Source: a virus. Taken from it: a DNA stretch of 40,965 nt. The stretch is taken from positions 1 to 40,965 of the IMG/VR virus record IMGVR_UViG_3300045988_118480; one strand, written 5' to 3'. Of the stretch, positions 7,384-13,887 are shown one piece after another. The notes under the pieces were generated by a model. That model saw only the letters and a list, made by a program, of their open reading frames with translations, was not told the origin of the DNA and did not search any database. Each line of letters opens with the position of its first letter. Position 1 is the stretch's first letter. The translations under genes and the position numbers were made by a program.

Positions 7384-7592
7384 CGGCTCATATCCTCCTC
7401 TATCCCTAATATCTCATTTATGGCCTGGACAAAGCGGGGATTATGTATCTCTCCCATCCGCAGACGGTACAAATACGACCCGTCAAAATACAGGCCGGTC
7501 TTATCCTTGACCTGCTCTATGAGCCACCCCTGCGTCTTTTCAAGGTCTATTAGCCTCTTGACTATCTCTTTGCCATACGCAGTCGCGCCCAT
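7380..7592 (-). CDS. Small putative DNA-binding protein (70 aa)
   Basis: SD ggaggga precedes ATG 7592. Helical pattern EIVKRLIDLEKTQGWLIEQV.... Confidence 0.55.
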   Translation of the reverse strand: MGATAYGKEIVKRLIDLEKTQGWLIEQVKDKTGLYFDGSYLYRLRMGEIHNPRFVQAINEILGIEEDMSR

Positions 7593-7593
7593 A

Positions 7594-7806
7594 TCACTGT
7601 CCCTCCATCCACCGGATAAAGGCCAGCCGGGGGAACCGTACCTGGTGGCCATAGACCATGTAGGGGAAGGGAAGCAGCTCCGGCCGTTCCCGCGCCATAA
7701 GGCGCAGCGCGTGCGGGTCGATCTCCACGACCTGTGACACGACGTCGGCGGTCAGCATCTCCCTGTCCATCGCGCGGACGTCATCAAGACTGAGTTTCTT
7801 TTTCAT
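7594..7806 (-). CDS. Excisionase/MerR-type HTH protein (70 aa)
   Basis: MKKKLSLDDVRAMDREMLTADVVSQVV..D...LRLMARE..LPFP....G..VRFPRLAFIRWM. SD aaggaggga. Confidence 0.6.
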   Translation of the reverse strand: MKKKLSLDDVRAMDREMLTADVVSQVVEIDPHALRLMARERPELLPFPYMVYGHQVRFPRLAFIRWMEGQ

Positions 7807-8257
7807 CTTTCGCTCCCTCCTTTTTGGCATTGTAGATTACAAGCATAGATGGAAATGGTGCCCCGTCGGCGCTATTTCCATTTTCATCTTCAAAATGTAT
7901 TCGCCCTCGTAGAAACCGGATGTCCGCTTTGCCATAAATATAGTCGTGGAAATATGCCGTATCGGTTCGGGCCGGAATTAACAAAACTATAGGGAATCCC
8001 CCCCTTGCCTCATCAAAGGCCTTTTTTACCCATTTCCCAATTTCGCGGCCGTAAGGGGGATTGCAAAATACGGCGCCGCCTTTATCCCAGCTTTGAGCCA
8101 GACCGTCCGTTTCTGGGGTGTAGTACAAAGGACATTTTGCTGTCTCTTCTGTTGCTGCCGGGTCTAAGGCGAAATTAAACTCGGCATTGAGTTTGTCAAA
8201 AAAGTCCTGTGGCGTACACCAACACATATTTTTAGAGGATAACAGCGTCTTGTTCAT
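7784..8257 (-). CDS. Phage Dam-type N6-adenine DNA methyltransferase (157 aa)
   Basis: WCTPQDFFDKLNAEFNFALDPAA...FCNPPYGREIGKWVKK...LIPARTDTAYF...FLRGRIHF matches the T1/phage Dam family (PF05869-like). Confidence 0.85.
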   Translation of the reverse strand: MNKTLLSSKNMCWCTPQDFFDKLNAEFNFALDPAATEETAKCPLYYTPETDGLAQSWDKGGAVFCNPPYGREIGKWVKKAFDEARGGFPIVLLIPARTDTAYFHDYIYGKADIRFLRGRIHFEDENGNSADGAPFPSMLVIYNAKKEGAKDEKETQS

Positions 8258-8450
8258 CTTCCGCCCCTTCCTCCGAAAGTGTCCGCACGATTGCCGCGAC
8301 CTGTTCAAAGTCCAAATAGATGGGCTTGTTCTCTGTGATCCCCTTGATGTCATATCCGACGACATTCCCGAGGCCGTCCCGTTTTAGCGTGAATTCTGTG
8401 CATTTGACATCAAATACGACGCCGCTTTTAAGGACTATCCTTATCGTCAT
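8232..8450 (-). CDS. Hypothetical protein (72 aa)
   Basis: SD aaaggag sits 7 nt before ATG 8450. Confidence 0.55.
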   Translation of the reverse strand: MTIRIVLKSGVVFDVKCTEFTLKRDGLGNVVGYDIKGITENKPIYLDFEQVAAIVRTLSEEGAEDEQDAVIL

Positions 8451-8482
8451 TTGTCTCACTCCTTTCCGCCCGCTTCAGCGGG

Positions 8483-8671
8483 CTATTCTTCGGCGTAGAA
8501 CATCGTCCAGTCGAAGTCCAGTACCGCCGCAATACGTTTTGCCACGGCGACTGACGGGCGTCGATGGCCGGTCTCTATCATGTTGTAATACTGTTGGGAC
8601 ACTTCAACTTTTCTTGCGATGGCCTCCTGTGTCTGACGTGTCGCCACACGCAATTTTTTTAAATCAATAAT
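8483..8671 (-). CDS. Cro-like XRE-family HTH protein (about 62 aa; no canonical start codon, ATT proposed)
   Basis: HTH segment LKKLRVATRQTQEAIARKVEVSQQYYNMIETGHRRPS. A strong SD (aaaggagg, 8680..8687) is followed in frame by gca act ATT ATT. The track start (TTG 8758) lies upstream of the mapped promoter. Confidence 0.65.
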   Translation of the reverse strand: MIDLKKLRVATRQTQEAIARKVEVSQQYYNMIETGHRRPSVAVAKRIAAVLDFDWTMFYAEE

Positions 8672-8688
8672 AGTTGCTTCCTCCTTTA

Positions 8689-8739
8689 CACCATTTTGTT
8701 GTTCGTCTATGTTTGCAATATTATCACCATTTTGTTGTT
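8689..8739. promoter_or_regulatory. Two 15-bp direct repeats caccattttgttgtt (8689..8703 and 8725..8739), candidate operators
   Basis: Exact repeats 36 bp apart. One fills the spacer of the leftward promoter and the other lies in the cro-like leader. Confidence 0.55.
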
Positions 8740-8746
8740 TTGTCAA
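8718..8746 (-). promoter_or_regulatory. Leftward (lytic/cro-like) promoter: TTGACA, 17-nt spacer, TAATAT
   Basis: On the minus strand, -35 at 8746..8741 and -10 at 8723..8718. Confidence 0.65.
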
Positions 8747-8774
8747 TAGAGATATCAACGTTTTGGCGTTGTAC

Positions 8775-8803
8775 TTGCATACAACTTTTCGTTGTTATAT
8801 TAT
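8775..8803 (+). promoter_or_regulatory. Rightward (repressor) promoter: TTGCAT, 17-nt spacer, TATTAT
   Basis: -35 at 8775..8780 and -10 at 8798..8803, just upstream of the SD and ATG 8822. Confidence 0.55.
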
Positions 8804-8821
8804 TGCAACGAGGTGATACTC

Positions 8822-9130
8822 ATGGATACATGCCGTCTTAAAGCTCTTATAACCGCTTCTGGCCACTCTCAAAAAGACATAGCCACGTCTCTCAATTTGG
8901 GCCAGCAGCGCTTTAATTACTATGTAACGGGCAAACGTGAGCCGGACAATAGCACCCTTGTTGCCATAGCTTCGTTTTTTAATGTCTCGACCGATTATTT
9001 GCTCGGCCACTCTGACAGCCCCACGCCGGCACGTGACAATTTGCTTAAAATGGCTGCCGAGACTGATGATCCGGAAGAGCTGCTTGCTTTGCTGGACATT
9101 GTCAATAAAAAACTACAAGAGAGAAAATAG
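8822..9130 (+). CDS. CI-like XRE-family repressor (102 aa; no peptidase domain)
   Basis: MDTCRLKALITASGHSQKDIATSLNLGQQRFNYYVTGKREP is an HTH_3 pattern. The gene is divergent from the cro-like gene. Confidence 0.8.
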   Translation: MDTCRLKALITASGHSQKDIATSLNLGQQRFNYYVTGKREPDNSTLVAIASFFNVSTDYLLGHSDSPTPARDNLLKMAAETDDPEELLALLDIVNKKLQERK

Positions 9131-9141
9131 GAGGATCTATT

Positions 9142-10134
9142 ATGAGCACATCCGGCCTTGATGCTTTGCAAAAGGGGATCACAGCAAAGGAACCGGTCTA
9201 TAAGATAGCTAAACCGATCCGAAAGATGACAAAGCCATTGACTTTTATCGGGGTATTTCTGCTTGTCAGTTTCTTTTTTATAGCCACGGATTCGGCTCCG
9301 GAGATCTTACAACGATTGTGGACCTATTCTTTTGCCCTTTGGTTTTATTTTTCCATTGGTTTCTCGATCAGTCGATCTATCGGTGTGAGATACATTAACA
9401 AAAACGCCTGGCAGTTACCTTCGCTTTTGTCAGATATGGAAAAGTCCTATGACCTCGAAGAATATTTCCAAAGCCGAGATGAACTTATTAAGTATCTCTG
9501 TAAAATGGCAAGATGGGAAAACTATAAAAGTGCGCTCAACTCAAAGCCGACCGTCTTGCTTGCCGAACTGGAAACAACAAAGACAGAAAGTATAAATAAC
9601 GCAATCCGTCGCTCTGCCGCTCATTGCCGGGACCTTACCCGCAAACATAATTCATCCTTCGCCGAAATCCTAAAAGATGATATTTATAGTCATCGTGGCC
9701 GCCTGAACGATGAGAATATGGCTGTATATGAGGAATGTTATAAGAGCGTTGAATCTTTGGCCCAGGTCGTCGGAACAATAGATGAGGTCGATATTATGTC
9801 CGGCAATGACTTTGAGCATTGGTGCGCCGATCTACTGGCTCACAACGGATTTACCAACGTCATTGTCACTCAGGCCAGCGGCGACCAGGGCGTTGACGTC
9901 ACAGCCACAAAGGGCGGCGTCAAATATGCTGTGCAGTGCAAATGTTATTCTTCAGACCTCGGCAATACTCCGGTGCAGGAGGTCTATGCCGGTAAAGCAA
10001 TGTATGAGTGTCAGGTAGGTATTGTTATGACCAACCGGTACTTTACGGCGGGCGCAAAGACTCTTGCCGCCAAAACCGGCGTGCTTCTTTGGGACAGGGA
10101 CAAATTAATCGAGCTTATGGCAAACAAGATATAA
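9142..10134 (+). CDS. Membrane-anchored protein with a C-terminal Mrr-type (PD-(D/E)xK) restriction endonuclease domain (330 aa)
   Basis: Two hydrophobic helices (FIGVFLLVSFFFIA and YSFALWFYFSIGFSI). C-terminus: GNDFEHWCADLLAHNGFTNVIVTQASGDQGVDVTA...YAVQCKCY...VQEVYAG. It starts 9 nt after cI, and SD aggagg is present. Confidence 0.8.
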   Translation: MSTSGLDALQKGITAKEPVYKIAKPIRKMTKPLTFIGVFLLVSFFFIATDSAPEILQRLWTYSFALWFYFSIGFSISRSIGVRYINKNAWQLPSLLSDMEKSYDLEEYFQSRDELIKYLCKMARWENYKSALNSKPTVLLAELETTKTESINNAIRRSAAHCRDLTRKHNSSFAEILKDDIYSHRGRLNDENMAVYEECYKSVESLAQVVGTIDEVDIMSGNDFEHWCADLLAHNGFTNVIVTQASGDQGVDVTATKGGVKYAVQCKCYSSDLGNTPVQEVYAGKAMYECQVGIVMTNRYFTAGAKTLAAKTGVLLWDRDKLIELMANKI

Positions 10135-10163
10135 AAAAAGAGCGCCCCGCGGGGCGCTCTTTT
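10133..10163. terminator. Bidirectional rho-independent terminator
   Basis: An A7 run, the agagcgcccc/ggggcgctct palindrome, then TTTT. It sits between convergent genes. Confidence 0.8.
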
Positions 10164-10173
10164 GAGGAAGGTT

Positions 10174-10335
10174 TTAGGTTTTCCGTTTGCTTATCCTTGA
10201 TTTATTTAGTTTTTCGATAAAATTATTAATATCCTTTTGTACTTCGACACATTCCGCTTCGGTCAGCGTCTGTATCTTTGCTGTTAATTCTGCCCGGTAT
10301 TGTTCGAGCACCACCGGAGCCGTCTTGTTAGCCAT
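10174..10335 (-). CDS. Hypothetical small protein (53 aa)
   Basis: ATG 10335 follows SD ggagaaagag and overlaps the upstream ORF by 8 nt. Confidence 0.45.
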   Translation of the reverse strand: MANKTAPVVLEQYRAELTAKIQTLTEAECVEVQKDINNFIEKLNKSRISKRKT

Positions 10336-10531
10336 GACTGCACTCTTTCTCCAGCGCCGGGATGACCGCGGCCGCGAAGGTCTCAAGCGACGCCGCGTCT
10401 ATCTTGTCGATGTCCCGTGTGCCGTATAGCATCTCGAGAGCCGCTTCCAGCTCTGGCCGTCGAGGGCTGCTGCGTATCTGTTCCACGATCTTTACTTTGT
10501 CCATTTTTACACATCCCGTTTTTTCTTCCAT
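10328..10531 (-). CDS. Hypothetical small protein (67 aa)
   Basis: An ORF with a weak SD. It lies between the integrase and repressor modules. Confidence 0.45.
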   Translation of the reverse strand: MEEKTGCVKMDKVKIVEQIRSSPRRPELEAALEMLYGTRDIDKIDAASLETFAAAVIPALEKECSHG

Positions 10532-10679
10532 TGTAGGCCTTTATCTCTTGGAAAACAATGGTAATGATGGACAAATAAAGGTAAATATTTTCTACCTGCT
10601 AAAATACCGCAAAAAGCCGTTTTTTCGGCATTTTATATGTTATGATGGGGGTGTGTTCTTTATTTTTTGACACACAGCT

Positions 10680-10711
10680 AAAATAAAAGACCCGCCGATA
10701 TGCGCGGCGGG
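10680..10711 (-). terminator. Rho-independent terminator (minus strand)
   Basis: cccgccg-N7-cggcggg followed on the minus strand by TCTTTTATTTT. Confidence 0.55.
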
Positions 10712-10816
10712 CCTCACAGGATGTGGACAAAGCAATTAGCCCACGGATAGGACTATTTAAGTATACCACTTTTTGGGTGCTTTGTCTACCTCCAAATACA
10801 TAAGGAGGCAAAAAAT

Positions 10817-11983
10817 ATGCAATGCAAGAGCTGTAAGGGCCAAATCCCCGAGGGCGGGCGCTTTTGTCCATTTTGTGGCCGAAAAGTGGCCGGATTAAAA
10901 AAGCCGAAGCAGCGCGGCAACGGGCAGGGGACCGTATACCAGCTGCCCAATAAGACATGGATCGCGGCCCGTGTACAATATGACGTCGACCGCAACGGCA
11001 AAATGCGCAAGCGGTCAATATCCAAATCCGGCTTTAAAACCAAAAAAGAGGCCCTCGAGCATCTGCCGTCGCTGTCGCTGGCCGCGGTCGATCTGCCCGG
11101 CAAGCCGGCGCGCAGGAATACGGCCGTTACGTTTGGACGGTTGTATGATCTGTGGCTGCCGACCCACAAGGCGTCAAAATCGACGATTGACTGCTATCGT
11201 GCCGCTTCCCGATACTTTGCCGCCGTGTGGGATATGCAGATCGCAGACATAACGGTCGACGACCTGCAAGGCTGCCTGGATGATTGCCCCAAGGGCAAGC
11301 GCACCATGCAAAATATGAGGGCGCTGTGCGGGCTTATGTATAAGTACGCCATCCCGCGCAATCTCAACCCCACCGGGCTTAATATGGCCGAGTATCTGAC
11401 CATCAATGCCGACAATACATTTGACCCAAAGGATGCGCTGCCGCTTGACGCCCTGGCTAAGATAGAGCGTGCCGTCGGCGTCGTGCCGGGCGCGGACTAT
11501 GTTGTCTGTCAATGCTATCTCGGCTTCCGGCCGTCGGAGCTGCTTGCCCTCGACGCCATCAATTATAATCGCAAGGAGCAGGCCCTTGTCGGCGGCGCAA
11601 AGACCGACGCCGGGCGCGACCGCGTCGTCACCATATCCCCAAAGATCCAGCCGATAATTTCCCGGCTGACAAAAGACCGGGTATCCGGGCCTATATTCTG
11701 CACACCTTCAGGCGGCCGGATGACCACAAAGGCCTACCGTGCGCTGTTTTATTCGGTGTTGGACGCCTGCGGCATAGACAATCCCGTCATAGCGGCTAAC
11801 GGCGTAGAGCGTCGCCGGTACACGCCGCACAGCTGCCGCCATACCTTTGCGACCCTGCTTAAAAACATCAATGCGGCCGACAAGGACAAGCTGGAGCTTA
11901 TGGGACATACCAGCGATGCAATGCTCCGACACTATCAGGATGTATCATTCGCCGACCTGCGCAAGATAACCGACGCAATTTAG
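10817..11983 (+). CDS. int: Tyrosine recombinase / phage integrase with an N-terminal zinc ribbon (388 aa)
   Basis: CKSC-x10-CPFC at the N-terminus. C-terminus HSCRHTFATLL...LMGHTSDAMLRHYQD (the R..HxxR..Y pattern). SD aaggagg. Confidence 0.92.
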   Translation: MQCKSCKGQIPEGGRFCPFCGRKVAGLKKPKQRGNGQGTVYQLPNKTWIAARVQYDVDRNGKMRKRSISKSGFKTKKEALEHLPSLSLAAVDLPGKPARRNTAVTFGRLYDLWLPTHKASKSTIDCYRAASRYFAAVWDMQIADITVDDLQGCLDDCPKGKRTMQNMRALCGLMYKYAIPRNLNPTGLNMAEYLTINADNTFDPKDALPLDALAKIERAVGVVPGADYVVCQCYLGFRPSELLALDAINYNRKEQALVGGAKTDAGRDRVVTISPKIQPIISRLTKDRVSGPIFCTPSGGRMTTKAYRALFYSVLDACGIDNPVIAANGVERRRYTPHSCRHTFATLLKNINAADKDKLELMGHTSDAMLRHYQDVSFADLRKITDAI

Positions 11984-12022
11984 CCGCTTCCAGCATTTAG
12001 GCGCTGTGGGCATGGGCAATAG

Positions 12023-12042
12023 ATTGGTAATAGCAGACACCA
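12023..12042 (+). repeat. 20-bp direct repeat attggtaatagcagacacca, copy 1 (candidate integrase arm site)
   Basis: Identical to 12261..12280. The two copies flank the tRNA-like core. Confidence 0.6.
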
Positions 12043-12083
12043 ATTCCCGATTATTCACGACTTTTATTTTTATGCGCATGCAA

Positions 12084-12127
12084 AAAGCCCTGTATTTTTG
12101 TCATAATCGACTAAAATACAGGGCTTT
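12084..12127 (+). other. Long hairpin (15-bp stem) downstream of int, possibly a terminator or structural element of attP
   Basis: aaagccctgtatttt...aaaatacagggcttt. No immediate T run follows. Confidence 0.4.
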
Positions 12128-12150
12128 CCCAACACTTTTTGTTGGTTATA

Positions 12151-12203
12151 TGGTCCGAGTGACAGGAGTCGAACCTGCGGCCTCTTGAACCCCATTCAAG
12201 GGC
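12151..12203 (-). other. attP core candidate: the 3' half (anticodon arm to CCA) of a tRNA-Pro(GGG)-like sequence
   Basis: The minus strand reads CTTGA-ATGGGGT-TCAAG (anticodon GGG with U33 and G37), AGGCC, GCAGG-TTCGACT-CCTGT, CACTCGG-A-CCA. There is no D-arm or 5' acceptor strand upstream. Confidence 0.6.
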
Positions 12204-12205
12204 TG

Positions 12206-12247
12206 AAAACCCGCAAACCCGCTCGTAGAGCGGGTTTGCGGGTTTTT
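12206..12247. terminator. Strong bidirectional hairpin terminator (18-bp perfect stem)
   Basis: aaaacccgcaaacccgct-cgtag-agcgggtttgcgggtttt followed by T. It lies downstream of the minus-strand moron pair. Confidence 0.75.
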
Positions 12248-12260
12248 GAATGGGTTATAC

Positions 12261-12280
12261 ATTGGTAATAGCAGACACCA
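12261..12280 (+). repeat. 20-bp direct repeat, copy 2
   Basis: Identical to 12023..12042. Confidence 0.6.
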
Positions 12281-12307
12281 TTTCGCGCTTGTCATCCACT
12301 TTTCTCA

Positions 12308-12739
12308 TCATTCATCTTTAGCAATCAGCATCTCTATATATCCAGAAAGAGATACCCCATTTTTCGCAGCGTTGCGCCGAGCCTTCTCAGCGGCCGCACG
12401 ACTAACGGAAATTGAAAGTGTGGTCCGGATATTATCCTGTGTAATTGCGCCGAAAAGCTCTTTATTCTCATTTTCTCCGAGGTTTTCTTCTGCCCATCGT
12501 CGAGCTGCTGCCACAGTAAGCGGTATGATTTTCTCGGCGGGAACGCGCGTCCCATCCTGTTGGGTCTTGTTGTACGGGGATGTTGCATTGCCTTTCCCGT
12601 ACAAAAAAAACTCCCCTGTCCGTTTTCGGTATAGTTCTTCTTCGTACCAGTGCCCCTCATCTGGGGTGCCGTGGCTACAGATCCCGCAATTTCTTGCTGT
12701 ATCTGTGCAGTACAGCTTGTTGTTGATTATCTTTTTCAT
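12308..12739 (-). CDS. Hypothetical protein with an RHH-like C-terminal tail (143 aa)
   Basis: The N-terminus MKKIINNKLYCTDTA...GEFFLYGKG belongs to a Firmicutes family I cannot name. The C-terminus TTLSISVSRAAAEKARRNAAKNGVSLSGYIEMLI resembles CopG/RHH. Confidence 0.65.
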   Translation of the reverse strand: MKKIINNKLYCTDTARNCGICSHGTPDEGHWYEEELYRKRTGEFFLYGKGNATSPYNKTQQDGTRVPAEKIIPLTVAAARRWAEENLGENENKELFGAITQDNIRTTLSISVSRAAAEKARRNAAKNGVSLSGYIEMLIAKDE

Positions 12740-12748
12740 TTTTTTCGA

Positions 12749-13351
12749 TTACTCAGTGATCTTTGCGAGTTCCGATTCGATTTCTTCCAGGCGGGCAAGC
12801 AGTTTTGCTTTTTCCTCGAGCAGTTTTTCCTTTCCCGTCTTTGCGGGCTTTGTATCAGGCAACAGGCTGACACCCTCACGGTCTTTTACCTTGTTGTACA
12901 AATTACGGGACACATTGTACACTTCAAATACCAGCGCATCTGGATCTTCCGGAGCAACGAGCGGGCTTTTACTTGATCCGCCGGAGGCCTTAAACTTACC
13001 AGCAATGCAAGTTACCTCGTTGCCAAAGTATACAGCCGCATCGCGCATCCTGCGAGCCGCTATCAAACGATTGCCCAGGCGCATTTCGTTTACGGCTTCT
13101 GCGTCATCCCATGCGCATCCAGTCAGTTTAAGGTCGACCATATCCTCGTCCTCGCTGGATGTAGCTGTGCCATCTTCTCCATATACATCGCGCAGGATTT
13201 CTTTAACCCTTTCTTCCTGACGGATGTCCACTACCCAATAAGGGGCGTTCCATTTGCCTCCGAGACGCTTAATCTCGGAGATAAAAGTCTTATCATACGG
13301 GGATTTGACCATGATGCTGTTGCCCTCAATTTTGACATTCACTGTTGCCAT
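12749..13351 (-). CDS. Hypothetical protein (200 aa) with a C-terminal coiled coil
   Basis: SD gaaggagaa precedes ATG 13351. It is the first gene behind a consensus promoter. Confidence 0.65.
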   Translation of the reverse strand: MATVNVKIEGNSIMVKSPYDKTFISEIKRLGGKWNAPYWVVDIRQEERVKEILRDVYGEDGTATSSEDEDMVDLKLTGCAWDDAEAVNEMRLGNRLIAARRMRDAAVYFGNEVTCIAGKFKASGGSSKSPLVAPEDPDALVFEVYNVSRNLYNKVKDREGVSLLPDTKPAKTGKEKLLEEKAKLLARLEEIESELAKITE

Positions 13352-13402
13352 TTTTATTTCTCCTTCTTGTTATTTTAATTTTCTTTCCCTTACCGTAGCT
13401 TT

Positions 13403-13431
13403 ATTATATACCAGACTTTATATAAAGTCAA
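13403..13431 (-). promoter_or_regulatory. Consensus sigma70 promoter (TTGACT, 17-nt spacer, TATAAT) on the minus strand
   Basis: On the minus strand, -35 at 13431..13426 and -10 at 13408..13403. The region is AT-rich. Confidence 0.75.
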
Positions 13432-13521
13432 TATGTAATGTGCTTTTATATAAAATAATTTTGTGCGAATGTCCTCCTTTTTCCGTGCATAATGCCAAGT
13501 CTGATAAATCCATGCAAAGCA

Positions 13522-13554
13522 AAAGGCCTTGAGCTGACATCGCTCAAGGCCTTT
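13522..13554 (-). terminator. Rho-independent terminator (minus strand)
   Basis: aaaggccttgagc-N7-gctcaaggccttt followed on the minus strand by a T-rich tail ttgctttgc. Confidence 0.65.
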
Positions 13555-13569
13555 GCAAGCTATATCTGA

Positions 13570-13875
13570 TTATATTTTGCGGATTTTTTCGAGGGTCGCG
13601 TCATACACCTTGCGGTTAGCAAGCATCATCATGTCCATAAGCTCATCCATGACCGCCCACGCCTTGACGCTGTCCTTACCGCTGACGGCAAGGAGAAAAT
13701 CACTGTCCCCCAGCTTGGCCACAGGCTGGGCCTCATATACCTCGCTGTTGGCTGTGAGCCGCCTATATATCAGCGCCGTGTATAACGGAGCGAGTGTTTC
13801 CAGTGCTGCAAAGGACGTGTCGCGCTCCGATTCCATTTTTATAACGGTTTTCTCGACATCGGTGTAGTCGATCAT
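13570..13875 (-). CDS. Hypothetical protein (101 aa)
   Basis: SD taggagg precedes ATG 13875. Confidence 0.6.
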   Translation of the reverse strand: MIDYTDVEKTVIKMESERDTSFAALETLAPLYTALIYRRLTANSEVYEAQPVAKLGDSDFLLAVSGKDSVKAWAVMDELMDMMMLANRKVYDATLEKIRKI

Positions 13876-13887
13876 GGCGGCCTCCTA

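Noticed and set aside
10532-10816. Promoters for int and for the two small leftward genes
   Set aside because: Only weak hexamer matches were seen (for example TTGGGT-18-TACATA and TTGCGG-17-AATATT). That is not good enough to annotate. Only the terminator at 10680..10711 is reported.
12151-12203. A complete tRNA gene
   Set aside because: Only the anticodon arm, variable loop, T-arm and 3' acceptor-CCA are present. The upstream sequence is a terminator hairpin, with no D-arm or 5' acceptor strand. I interpret it as the attP core instead.
12246-13220. 324-aa plus-strand ORF across the moron region; similar long antisense ORFs occur at 23497..24288, 24904..25761, 28682..29818, 33458..34255 and 34666..35505
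   Set aside because: All are antisense to well-supported minus-strand genes. They lack SD sequences and have Ser/Arg/Pro-rich low-complexity products.
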